Positions 23,500 to 36,020 of a DNA stretch of 64,000 nucleotides are shown here, in pieces (position 1 is the stretch's first letter; every line of letters starts with the position of its first letter). Made by a program: the position numbers and the translations under genes. Below the pieces are notes generated by a model. It had not been told where the DNA came from. It saw only the letters and a list, made by a program, of their open reading frames with translations, and ran no database searches. The stretch covers positions 39,186,001-39,250,000 of the forward strand of contig NC_045697.1 of the NCBI RefSeq assembly GCF_009834535.1, read 5' to 3'. This DNA is from Camelus ferus. Lineage: Eukaryota.

Positions 23500-26400
23500 A
23501 GAGTGAGTCAAATTGATCCCAAAATTTGCACGAAAGAGCAAAGGACCAAGACAATTTTGTAGACAAACAAAAGAGGAGGGCTTGCCTTCTCAGATAGCAA
23601 GACATAATAAGCCAGAGTAATTAAGACAGTGTGGTCTAGGACAGGGAAAGACAAACAGTGCTATGGAAGCTAGTAGAGAGCCCAGAAACAATGATACCTT
23701 TAGCAAAACTTTGTATATATCTGAAGTGCTGACAATTAGTGGAGGAAGAACGGGATGCTCAGCAAACAGTGCCGGGACCATTCATTAGCCATATGGGAAT
23801 AGGACTTCTAGCTCATTTCTTACAAAGATAAAATCATTCCCATGGGGATTAAAGACCTAAATGTGAAAATGAAAACTGTAAACTTGTATGGAAAATATTT
23901 GTTAATGAGGATATAAAAAATGGAAGGTCCATACACTCATGGTTTGAGTGGAATTGGCTCCACCACTTTGGAGAGCAATCTGGCCATATCTATTAATATC
24001 TAGCAATAAAGTTGAAGGTGTGCATATCCTAAGATCCAGCAATTCTATGTCTAGATATATACTTCAGAAAAACCAACACATATTCTCAAAAACACATCAC
24101 AGGGTTATTTAAATAGCAAACAAAATATAGAAAATAAAACTAAATAAAATGAAATTAAATTAGAAAATATAAACATCAATCAATAGGAGAATAAAGAAAT
24201 TGTGGTATATTCATAAATTATAATATAATCAATGAAATACCAGATAGTAAGTATAAAAATAAACCAGAGCTGTAACAGAAAAGAACAAATCTGACTCCAC
24301 TTTAAATCTGTTCCTTTGGCTTTAACCTTGTGCCCTGTTTTCTAGGCATAGTCTTGCTAGCTATGCACCTTTTATAAAAGAATGTTGCCTATAGCCTGAA
24401 ATATACAGGAGAGCCTATTCTCAAGACTTTTCTACTCATATAAAGATAACAGGTTGCAGAACAGAAAATAACATTTGTTTTGTTGAAGGTTTACAGGGAC
24501 ACCATGATATGACCCACGTGGACAGCTGCAAGAACAAAGGATTCCAAGAACAAAGAATTCCTATACCAAGAAGCTTGCAACAAGTAAACATACCCCCTTC
24601 CCCTTTCTAGTATTACAGGAGCCTGAATTCTGACTTGGGGAAGATAGCTCTCCAGAACATTCGTCTTGCTCTCTCCTCAGTCTGCCGGCCTTCTGAATAA
24701 AGTTGCTATTCCTTGCCCCGACTTCTCGTCTTCCAATTTACTGGCCTGTCGTGCGGCAAGCGAATGAGTTTTGGACTCGGTAACAGATCTACTTGTATGG
24801 ACATAAAGAAATCTCAAAAGAAAGCAAGCTGCAAAATTGTATATATGTAGTAAAAAAACCCATTATATTTACCTGTAGATGTGTGTGTATTCAAATGTTT
24901 AAAATTCATGGGAATAATGAACACCATTTCATAAGTCATAGTAGTGAGAGAAGTAAGTGTTAAGACCTGGGTAGGGTATACAGAAGGATTCAACTGTGTC
25001 TGCAGTTTTTTTTCATATGTGTAGAAAATACAGCAAAGTGTTAAGATCTGATAAAACTGGTATACCATTACCCAAGTCTGCTTTCCATTTTTCTCCTTAT
25101 TTTTCTGTATGTTTAAAAGTTTCATAATAGTCAAGTATTTTATAATTAATTCAACAAATACTGAGTTTATTTTTAAAACAGTGAACAAATGAATCAGTAA
25201 AACTTGTAATTAAGTCTAAATACAGGTTAATGCAAGATATTATAAAATTATTAATACTTTGAAAAATTTTAGCATCTTTCCCAAAGTCACACAGCTAATA
25301 AATGGCAGAACCAAAAATTTAAACTAAACCTTTCTTTTGTCTGTTCAAAATACTGAAATAAAATATAAGAGCTAATTTCCAATATTGGGTTGGGTAGGCC
25401 TCCTTAAATAAGACATAATAACCAAAAGTCCTAACGGCAAACAGCATCACAAGCTTACAAATAAAATACAAATAGGTCCTGGGAGAAAATATCTGCAACA
25501 TGTATCTTTTAAAAAGATTAACTTTCAGAATATAAAGAGTTTCACCTCTAAAAGAAAAGGATGATATAATAAAAAAGTAAAGCACATGAAGAGGCAATTT
25601 GTGAAAAAAGAAACACAGAGGGCCAGAAAATAAAGAAGAAAATGCTCCAAAATAAAGCAACACTAGATTGAAAGAATTTAAACTGCTCATCACATGCCTG
25701 CTGGCCAGAGTGTGAAAAAATACTTTCTTATGTCATTGTTGGGACTCAAAAACTGGGTGGTAATTTGGCAAGGTTTTTCAAAACTAAAACTGCACAAACC
25801 TTGCATAGTTCAAGAACAGTTTTCCCACATAAATGCAAAGCTATGTATGCATTATTGTTTAAAATAAAGAAAACTCATAAGTATCCAGAATACCCACCAA
25901 TAGGGATATGATGAGATAGAGTACCCACACTAAGTTATACAGTGCAAATACATAAATATATATAATTATATGTATAAACTAACTTATTTGTAAAAGTAAT
26001 GAGCTATGTATATGTGTAATGAAATGCAAATGTCATCAAGAAGAAAGCAAATAAAATAAAATAAAAAAGCACATCATAGAACAATTCATTTAGGCTAATT
26101 CTATAACTTAAGAAAAGAATAACAGAATTTAATTATATTATACGTGTAATATAATTGTATGATACAGCCATGACAATGACATACACTGTATATTTTATAA
26201 TGTATTACATACACATATGGATATCTAGGAAAGTTCTCTCGGGAAACATACCAAACTATTGCCACAAGAGATGCCCTGATCAAGAAGGGTGAAAGGGCAA
26301 ATAGTAAAAGGAACTTTAATGTTTTACTCTACATGTATGCTTCTCTTTTTTACAATGTGAATGTATGACTTCAAATTACTTTGTAATTAAAATTTACAAA
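23500..26400 (+). mobile_element. Old L1M (L1ME/MC-like) ORF2-3'UTR remnants
   Basis: gtaattaagacagtgtggt; attaaagacctaaatgtgaaa; accactttggagagcaatctggc; gatccagcaattc; host of LTR copy 2. Confidence 0.7.
24271..24785 (+). mobile_element. ERV1 solo LTR (cetartiodactyl MER41-like), copy 2
   Basis: TGTAAC...GGTAACA termini, AATAAA, 4-bp TSD gagc/gatc; 51/60 identities with copy 1 over the first 60 bp (hand count). Confidence 0.9.
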
Positions 26401-26453
26401 ATGTTCAAATAGAAATTTCATGCTTTGATTATCTGTAACAACCAAATTCTTGT

Positions 26454-26850
26454 TGTTGTGGGCTGAATTGGGTCCCTCAAAAATTCATATTTTGAATCCC
26501 CAGTTCTCAGCACTTTAGAATGGATATAACTATATTTGGAGATAAGATCTTTAAAGAGGTGATTAAGCTAAAATGAGGCCATTAGGTAGGGGCCTTAAGC
26601 CAGTATGAGTGGCGTCCTTATGAGAAGAGGAAGAGACTTCAGGGATGCATGTGCCCTGAGGAAAGACATGTGAGGTCACAGTGAGAAGGCACCATCTACA
26701 AGCCAAGGAGAGAGGTCTCAGAAGAAACCAACGCCGCCGACACCTTGATCTTGGACTTCTAGTCTCCAGAACTGTGAGACAATTAATGTCTGTAGTTTAA
26801 GCCACCCTATTTTTGGTATTTTGTTATGGCCACCCTAACAAACTAGAACA
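26454..26850 (+). mobile_element. MLT1B-like MaLR solo LTR
   Basis: tgttgtgggctgaattgggtccc...gacaccttgatcttggacttctagtctccagaactgtgaga...aactagaaca. Confidence 0.9.
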
Positions 26851-27059
26851 CATACTTAATTTCATTTAGCTTTGCCTATGCAGAGGATTTTAGCAGAAGA
26901 CTAGTGGGAGAAGAAAATGTAGGAGAATTTTAATGAAGCAGTAGGAGTTCGTTTGGTTTGGCCTTGTGACTCTAATAGAGAATTCACTTCTTATTTTTCT
27001 TTCCTTGGATACCCTTATCCTGGCAAATAAATGCCTTCTGTGTTAATATTAATAATCTC

Positions 27060-27250
27060 AAAATATTATTAAACACTTGCAATATAACTTTTAAGTGAAT
27101 GTCTTACTCAAAATAACCTCTTGTGGTAGTTACAAATTTCATCCTCATTTTATGGACAAGAACACTAACCTTAGAGAGATTAGGTGACGTTGGAATTCAA
27201 ACCCAGGCAGTCTGGTTCTAGGCCTTCCTTGCTTCTGTAACCACTGTCTT
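27060..27250 (-). mobile_element. MIR SINE fragment
   Basis: catcctcattttatggacaagaacactaa...ggaattcaaacccaggcagtctgg. Confidence 0.7.
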
Positions 27251-28146
27251 TCGTAGCTTCCAGACTCCAAGTTGCATTATTTCTTTTCATCTTTTCTGTA
27301 TTGTGTCTACTGCCTTTGGAGCAGTGGGATCTATTCAAGATTAAATCAATCTGTTATCAAACCCCTCACATTTAATACACTCTAGGAAAATTCAGAATGA
27401 ACTGGCCATGCATGATATTACTAATTTACCCACTGTACCAATAATAATTATTCCTCTGAATAGACTACATGCTATTGCATGAGACACCCTGTCAATTGTT
27501 ATTTTGCTGTTCTTTTCTTTTACTGACTACTCTGGCAGCCATACTTCACTTGGAGTGACAGTAAGTACTACCTTCCTTGTCTCCTTTGTTACAGAGCATC
27601 AATATTGATCCTTTTCCTAGTACAACACTCTTAATGTGATTGAACACTTACCGCTAGTCTTAAGTGAAAACATGATAAATGAGAAAAGATATCCAATTCT
27701 AGAAAGTCACAAATTTTGGAAAAGACTAAAAATGTATTAGACTTAAAAGGTCTTAATTCGAAGCTTTTTTCTTTCCCTCCATTGAACTGGGATCTGCCCA
27801 TCAGTCTCCTCTCTCTTCCATTGTTACTCTGTTCTACTTTAACTGGGGAAGGAAGAGGTGTGCCTGATATTTGTTCCTGAACCGTTTTTCTGCCAGCTAG
27901 CTGCTCATTCATATCACATGCTCTGATCACAAGCACCTCTTTTACCAATTTGGGACCATAGATCATTCTCCGATGGGCCTGCCTTGAATCCTGGGCTATA
28001 AAGAGATCTGCCTGGACTTCAGTAGAGAGGTAAATATGAGATGCGCCTCACTGTTGGTTACTGACATGTCCCTTCATCCTCTATATCACCAGCAGAGGTT
28101 AATGGTGTATCAGAAGTCACTGAAGGATTAAGATAAATACGTTGAT

Positions 28147-28424
28147 TTTGGGGTTTTTTTTGTTTTTTTTTTTAATTGAAGTATAGTCAGTTTATAATAC
28201 TGTGTTAATTTCTGGTGTACAGCATAGTGATTCAGTTATATATATATATTCCTTTTCATATTCTTTTTCATTATAGATATTGAATATAATTCCCTGTGCT
28301 ATACAGTAGGACCTTACAAGGTATTGAATATAATTACAAGATATTGAATTACAAGGTATTGAATATAATTCCCTGACCTTGTTGTTTATTTTATATATAG
28401 TAGCTATTATCTACAAATCCTGAA
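28147..28424 (-). mobile_element. 5'-truncated cetartiodactyl L1 3' UTR with internal rearrangement
   Basis: Poly-T then aattgaagtatagtcagtttataat...ctggtgtacagcatagtgattcagttata. Confidence 0.85.
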
Positions 28425-29393
28425 AGGGAAAGAATTTTAACTATTCATGTGAGTACAATCTTTTTTTAGTTGTCAAAGAAATAAGCTTCGAAAAAAGTTG
28501 GCCTTTTAAGTTAGCTCTTTGGCGTAAGTCTCTAGTCATGCTCCCCCACCCTCAGGTGCGGCATTAGAGAGAAGGTCAGATTACATGCGAGTGTCTAAAC
28601 CACTGAAAACGCTCCCTATCCCAAGGTCGATCTTGCTTTTTAAAATGCCCGTGCCATCAGAGGACAGATATCCCCCGGCAACACAGCTCCCAGCACCATG
28701 ATTATTCAGTGCAGATGAAGTAAACCCCAGGCTGAGAAGAGGAGGTTGCAGACAGTCTAAGGGCTTTGGTGCACTTGAGTGGAAAGTGAGGAATCCAGGT
28801 TTTTCTGGTCTTCTAGGAACATCAGTTTAATCAGACTTAAACAGCTCTTCCACAGAGAAGCATTCATTCTTGCAGAGTAGCATCTGCACCCACGTTGAGG
28901 AAGAAATGCAGCCTCTTAAGTGTGACTCAGTCAGCACGGTCCCCCCACACAATAAAACCGGGCTTTATGCTGCTTTATGTCAGTCCTGGTGACCTCTCTC
29001 CCCAGATCCTGGGTTCCTCATAGAAAGAACACAGCTGTGAACTACTCAGTCATCAGTGCCTAGGAAAAGAAGCAGTGACATTTTCCACTTTTCTACACGT
29101 TGGGCCTGTTCACATTTGCATGCTCCTTTTTATAACAGAATGAAGACAATATTTGAGTCTCCTGAGAACACACAGGACGGCAAGAAGAAGGGTGGTCCTT
29201 TCTTCTAAATAGAGAAGTAGTGACAGCTTTATTGTGTCTTTAAGTATAAAAGAAAGGTGCTTTGGCTTATTTCAAATCACTATTTTATCTGTACTTGGAT
29301 ATACTGATAAAATTATTTAATAAATCTTTAATCTTGAATGATCTCAGGGTTTTTTTTAAACTAATTACTCAGATTTAAAAACAATATAGAATT

Positions 29394-29604
29394 AAGGACA
29401 GACTGGGATTTCAAAATGTAGAATAGATAAACAAGATTATACTGTATAGCACAGGGAAATATATACAAGATCTTGTGGTAACTCACAGAGAAAAAAATGT
29501 GACAATGAATATATATATACTCATGTATAACTGAAAAATTGTGCTCTACACTGGAATTTGACACAACATTGTAAAATGATTATAAATCAATAAAAAATGT
29601 TAAA
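29394..29604 (+). mobile_element. Young camelid-type L1, 5'-truncated
   Basis: L1 3' UTR plus A tail; perfect 17-bp TSD aaaaacaatatagaatt (29377-93 / 29605-21) at a TTT|AAAA endonuclease site. Confidence 0.92.
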
Positions 29605-30559
29605 AAAAACAATATAGAATTCAGATAAATTTTCAAAAGATCATTTTATGTACATAAATACCTCTCTGTGGAATGCAAGTTAAATTTTGAGTTTTGCTCT
29701 AGTAATTTTTTTCTCACATTAATGTTGAGCAGGTTGATATTTTCAAGGAAAACACAATAATGACCTAGTAACTGAATGGCATCTCTTTTGGGAGAAAGAA
29801 ATGTTTGTAGTTTCTAAACGAATAATCTCTGTCATCCACTCCTGAACACATCTACTTTCTTAGCTTTCTTATTATACAGAGGATTTCCTGTCGGAAACTA
29901 CATTGGTATGTACTTAATTTATAATGTATGATATTTTGAAGACGTTTAGAAATACGTGTTTCAGAACAGCTTTTTTGCATATTTCAGATGAGCTGAGGTT
30001 TCTAAACCTATTGTTATTATTTTACAAACGAAGAAGATGATGATTCAGGATGGAGACAAGCTCTCCACATCTTGAAGATTCTCCTGAGTGAACCCAATGG
30101 CGTAGGTAGCAGGTAGGAATATGAGTAAGCCCCAGAGGGCAGGGATCATTGGTTTGCTTACTGACATACTCCACGTACCTAGGATAGCAATAAATGCTTG
30201 TTGGAGGATTTAATTAATTAGTTCAATATTGATCTTTAATATCTTCAATATTGATCTCAATATCTTTAATAAAAGATCAATATTTTTACTTTATATGTAA
30301 AAAATGAAACCAAGATGATTTGCCTTTTAGCTTTCATACTACAGAGTAAGGTCCCATCTGCAGAGGAATCACAACTTATATTACCTAAGTTTTTGTCCTT
30401 GCTCTGCCCTCATACACAATTAGGCGCAGGTATCGTTATGCTGGAGGTAGCTCCTTGGGTAGGAAAAAAAGCAATTTAACATTAGGAGAATTGAGGCCAT
30501 CATGGATTTGAAGAGTTGATTTGAGGACTTTAAAATCTTTTATATCTTGCACTTTTGGT

Positions 30560-31180
30560 GTTTTTAATTCACTATTCACTAAATAATTATTGAATATTCA
30601 CCACATGCCAAGCATAGTTGTAGGCGCTGAAAATAAAGCAATGATTAACACAGAGGAAGATTCTTCTTCCATTCAATTAGGGTGGAGGGAAGGGAGACAG
30701 ATAAGTAAAAACAAAGAAGAGGAGAAAGATTAATTAATGGATTGGCTGATTTCAGAGGGTGACCAATGCTAGAGAGTAAAGTTTAACTGGAGTAAGTTGA
30801 TGTGCTAAAGGTGGCAGGTGGGGAGCGTGCACACATTAGGCAGGGAAACCAGGGAGAACTTCTCGAGGTGGTAAAGCAGAGGCTGAGGTCCCAACGATGA
30901 GACGCAGTCAAGGATGGGAAGACACGGGACATGTTTTCCTTGCTGAGAGGGAGTAACCACAAAGGCTCCCAGATAGAGACAACCTTGGCAAGCTCAAGAA
31001 TCAGAACTTATGCCAGCATAACCAAAGGCTAGCGAGCCAGGAGGAATGAGGGAGCGGGGGATGAGAGCAGACAGGAAGGGCATGCAGCCATGGAAATATC
31101 CTATTCCCAGCTCATTGGCAAGCCACTGAACGTTTTAAAGCCTGAAAGTAACACAGTCTGACATTTTTAAGAAGATCATA
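30560..31180 (-). mobile_element. L2 LINE fragment
   Basis: attcactaaataattattgaatattcaccacatgccaagcatagttgtaggcgctg. Confidence 0.7.
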
Positions 31181-31288
31181 TTTGTTATTTGGCTTTTCTT
31201 GTTAGTGGTGTATCTTTCCCCAGAAAATATGTTTAGCTCTAGAGACATAAAGAGAGGAGAAAAGAGCTGAGAAAGAACACTTAGGAGA

Positions 31289-31473
31289 GTTCCTCATTAG
31301 TTTAGAATTCTTAAGGATTACCAAGAGCACTCATTTAAAATACAGATCCTTAGAACTTACTCCTGAGAGATACTGATTCGGGGGTCTTGAATGGAACAAA
31401 GAGTTCGTATTCAACAATGACCCCAGATGATTCAGATGTAAGTGGCCTACAGATCACTGTTTCAGTAATCATT
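31289..31473. mobile_element. MER5-like hAT-Charlie MITE
   Basis: ttaaaatacagatcc...gagatactgattc...gaccccagatgattcagatg. Confidence 0.6.
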
Positions 31474-31493
31474 CCAGGTTGAAAATAAGAGTT

Positions 31494-31735
31494 GGGATTA
31501 ACAAATACACATTACTATATATAAAGTAGATGAACAACAAGGACCTACTATATATCACAGGGAATTATATTCAACTTCTTGTAATGAGCCATAATGGAAA
31601 AGAAGCTGAAAAAATATATATGTATGTATATGTATAACTGAATTTCTTTGCTGTACATCTGAAACTAACATTGCAAATCGACTACATTTCAATTAGAAAA
31701 AAATAAGAATTAAAAACAAAGAAAGAAAAGAGTTA
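31494..31735 (+). mobile_element. 5'-truncated cetartiodactyl L1 3' UTR
   Basis: gggattaacaaatacacattactatatataaagtagatgaacaacaaggacctacta...A-rich tail. Confidence 0.85.
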
Positions 31736-33825
31736 AGAGTTTTTTAGGATTACCAACCCAGCTCACCATTGAAGGCAAACAGCAGGAAACTGGTGAAGGT
31801 ACTTGATCCAGAAAACTGGACCCTTGACTAGAACTGGATCTCTGATGGAGATTTTCAAATCCTCCTTTAAAAGCAAGAGACAGAAACAGAGACAGAGAAA
31901 CAGCATGTGTGCACAGGAAGGATATATGTTTGATGGCAGTTGGGTTCAGCCTGACCTGATGCATGAAGCAGGCATCCCACTAAAGCAACATCCGACACAT
32001 TCCCCCCCCCCCCCCTTCTCATCCATTCCACCCCAGCCTTCAATCCTTGCTCGGGTTCCGTTCACAATTCTGATAACAGTGGTCATAGCGCTTAAGCTCT
32101 TCTTTCTCCTTGAGACACTGCAAGTCTCACGTCTCATGGTTTCAGGTCTTTGAGTCTGGCTCTTGCACCTCTCTTTCAGCAACACACAAAGTAAACTACT
32201 TCCTACTTGGTCCTTCTTGGCAATACTCCAGCTGACTTTTCTGACCATTTTATGACTGAAGGGAGACACAACAAAAAGCCATTTTGCACATGCAGTCAAG
32301 GATCACCTTCCTTTCTAACTGTACCCATTTCATTTTACAACTGTGATGGCAGAAATTCAAAGCTGGCTTTCTGCCTCCAAGAAAATAGAGAGGGCTGAGC
32401 GTGGGGTTCACTGCAGAATTCCACACACTTTCACAAGATGTGGTCTAAAAAGATGTGGCCCTGAGCATATGGCTTCAGGAGGGGTTGGCAAGTTTCCTGT
32501 GTGACAACTAGATCTGGATACCACAGGCAGATGGCCAGGCTGAACTGTGGCATATTGTTTACACCTGTAGGACAGGCTGGACAGCAGCATTTCTTAATTG
32601 CCAATCGGGTCAAGGGTCCAAGCTGCCCGCTATCAAACTTAAAATGGAACCAGTGCAAACAGAAGAAATCTGCTGCCCACAGCCAGGGAAGCACGAGCCT
32701 GAGAAGTGGGGTGAGATGGGGCCCAGAGAAGCTACCATCCCATGGTATCCACTGGGGACCTGGACCAAGGCCAGACAGAAGACAGCCCAGCTCCCTTGGA
32801 AAGAAGGAACTATTCACACCCCTCACTTCCCTCCGTCACCCCAGACCTTGATTGCTGCATCAGGGAAAAGGAGCTGTAATACCAAGGGCTGGGAGTCTGG
32901 AATTCCTATACTTGAGAAATAACTTCAGACTGCTGATTCAACGGTGATGCTGAGACAGATTCCTAGACCCATTTCTACCCATTCTTTCTAACCTGGGTGT
33001 TTCAACCTTCCATAAACAAAGGAGTTTCCTTTATGTCCAAGGACCATCAAAGATGCGCCTTGTCCCGAATAAGAGGACAAAGGATGAATGGGATAGAGCT
33101 AGATTATTCATTGCTATTAAAATGACTTCAGTTATTAGGATTATTACTCCTCCTGCTACTACAAAAGTCATACATGTTTCTAATAAGGACTATAATAAGG
33201 TTATCTGCATATTTATTTGGGTGTCACCATCTGAAAGCTGCTGTCTCTTAGAAACATGAAGGCCATTGCAGCATTTTGCTGACCAAAATCGAGGAAATTT
33301 TTCTTCATAATTCTGAGGAGAGAGAAACATTTTTCCTTCCAACCAGGTATTTAGTGGTGATTGCCTCAGCCTCTTCCCCTCACCATTACCAGTACGTCAC
33401 CTCTGAAATGGTCACACTGGCTCAGATTTCTCCCCTCCCAACCATCCCCTAGACTGCCCACAGGATGCTATTTTTAAATGTAATCCTATAATTATTCTGC
33501 TTAAAATAGTTTCATTCTCATCAGGAATAAAATCGAAAGCTCCTTGTCTATGCCCAGGCTCTTAGAAAGCCTTCACTCACACTATTTTTGAGCCACACAA
33601 AACTACTGGCATTTTCAAGTTCAACGCCTGTCACCTTTGCATATGCTATGTGTTCAACCTGGGATACCTCCTTTCCTTCAGTGCATGGAAAATACCTGCC
33701 CTTCCTTCAAGCCTGTTTAACCATCAGCTATCCCCAGAAGCTGTCTATGAATTTTTCCACTCAGGTAAATTTAATCATTGAAAGCACAGCCCTTGGTGCC
33801 TCCTCTAATATATTAGACTGTCTGT

Positions 33826-34070
33826 GCATAGTAGTTAGAAAGTGAGCTGGGAAGCCAATCCTCCTGCCATGGAATTCCTAGTCACTCCCTGATATGTCAG
33901 CCGTGTGACACTGGGCAAGTTACCTGACTGCACAGTGTTCCAGTTTCCTCACTTATAAAATAAAGAGAATACAATACCTACTGCAGAAGAGAACTGGGAA
34001 GGTTAAGTGAGCTAATACATGTGAAGTGTCTGAAAACGAATACATTCAATAAATGACAGCTATTAATTAC
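33826..34070 (+). mobile_element. MIR SINE, near full length
   Basis: gtgtgacactgggcaagttac...cagtttcctcacttataaaat...tcaataaatgacagctatt. Confidence 0.85.
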
Positions 34071-34084
34071 TGTCACTAAGAAAA

Positions 34085-36020
34085 CCTTATACTGAGGCAT
34101 AACCTACATAAAGTGTACAGTTCATAAGTGTACAACTCGATGAGGCTTCTCATAGTGAGACACAACTGCATATCCACCCAGATCAAAAGTAGGGAACAGA
34201 ACCTCCCCAGCACTCTAAAAATCTCCTCCTCTGTGGCCCCTCCCATTATCCATCCCCACCAAGGGAACCACAACTCTGACTTTGATCAGCATAGGTTGGT
34301 TTTGCTTAATTTTAACTCTGTACAAATAGTATGATACAACATGTAATTTTGTGTCTGGTTTCATTCACTCAACATTGTGCTTGTGTAATCCTTGATGCAT
34401 ACCATGTGGCAATAATTCACTTGTTTTCATTACTGTAGAGTAATGTATAATCTTCTGTTATCTAATTATTCATTCTACTGGATTTTTAAAATTGTGGTTT
34501 AAAAATACCTAACATGAAATCTATCCTCTTCGCCAATTTTTATGTATACGATACATTATTGTTAACTAAAGCGCAATGTTGTGCAGCCAATTTCTAAAAA
34601 TTTTTCACCTTGCATAACTAAAATTTTGTACACATTGAAAAACAATTACGCACTTCCTCCAAACTGCAATTCATGGCACCCACCATTTACTTCCTGTTTG
34701 TATGAGTTTGATTACTTTAGATAACTCATATAAGTGCAATCATGCAGTATCTGTCCTTTTGTAAATGACTTACTTTACTTTACATAACTTGCATCTTCAA
34801 GATTCATCCATGTTGTTGCATGAGACAGGATTTCTTTATTTTTTAAGTCTGAATAATATTCCACTGTGTGTATTTAAATTTTCTTTATCCACTCATCCAT
34901 TGATGGGTATTTAGTTTGCTTCCACATCTTGGCTATTACAAATCTTGTTACAGTAAACATAAGAGTGCATATCTCTTCAAGATCCTGATTTTGATTCTTT
35001 TGGGTAAATACCTAGAACTAGAATTTCTGGACTATGTGATACTTCTATTTTTAACTTTTTGAGGTACCCCCATACTGTTTTCCATAGCAGCTGCACTATT
35101 TCACATTCTCACAAATACTGCACAAAGGTGCCAATTTCTCCATATCATCACCAACACTTGTAATTTTTAGTTTGTTTTTGATGATTGCCATTCTAATAGG
35201 TGTGAGGGGATATGTCATTGTGGTTTTGATTTACATTTCCTGATGATTAGTGATATTGAGCACCCTTTTCATTTACCTATTAGCCATTTGTATGTCTTCT
35301 GTGGAAACATGCCTATTAGAATCCTTTGCGCATTTTTTAATTGGGTTATTTGTTTTTTACTATTGAGTTGTAGGAGTTCCTTATATATTACAGATATTAA
35401 ACCCTTATCAGATGTGTGGTTTACAAATATTTTCTCCTATTCAGAAGGTTGCCTTTTCATTATGTTGATTGTTTTCTTTACTTTGCAGAAGATTTTTAGT
35501 TTGATATAGTTCCACTTATCTATTTTTGCTTTTGTGGCCTGTACTTTTGAAGTCATATTCAAGAAATAATTACCAAGACCAATGTCATGAAGATTTTTCT
35601 CTATAGTTTCTCTTAGTAATTTTATTATTTCAGGTCTTACATTTAAGTCTTTAGTCCATTTTGAGCTGATTTTTGTGAATGGTGTGATATAGGGCTCCGA
35701 TTTCATTCTTTTGCATGTGTGTATCCAGTTTTCCCAACACCATATTTCGAAGAGACTCTCGTTTACCCATGGTATAGTCTTCATTCTGCTGTTGATGGAC
35801 AATTGACTCATTTCTAGTTATTATTTTGGGGTTTTTTGTTGCTGCTGCTATTGTTTTTGGCTATTAAAAGGGGGCTTCTATTAACATGTTTATTCCAGTC
35901 TTTTGTAAAGATGTACACATTTCTCATGTCTAGGAGAAGGATTGCAGAGCCTTTGGGTATTGTATGATCCTTAGTACCTGCCAGGTTTCCAAACTGGTGG
36001 TATCGTATCTTCACCAAACT
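34085..36020 (-). mobile_element. Old L1M 3' end (34085-34480, 35780-36020) split by an L1MA
   Basis: Host resumes ttgatggacaattg after the duplicated ttcattct(a/g)ctg. Confidence 0.7.
34481..35779 (-). mobile_element. L1MA8/9-like 3' UTR and ORF2 C-terminus
   Basis: ORF 35437-35811 gives WCWENWIHTCKRMK...KWTKDLNVRPE...AKIDKWNYIKLK (L1 ORF2p); TSD ttcattctactg / ttcattctgctg. Confidence 0.9.

Noticed and set aside
15882..24785. Full-length ERV provirus
   Set aside because: Separate TSDs on each LTR, no PBS/PPT, no gag/pol/env, and older repeats fill the interval
28314..28375. CRISPR-like repeat array
   Set aside because: Eukaryotic L1-derived duplications without unique spacers; no cas genes
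35437..35811. 124-aa ORF as a gene (also 39060-39254 and 62729-62965)
   Set aside because: L1 ORF2p C-terminal remnants in disrupted elements
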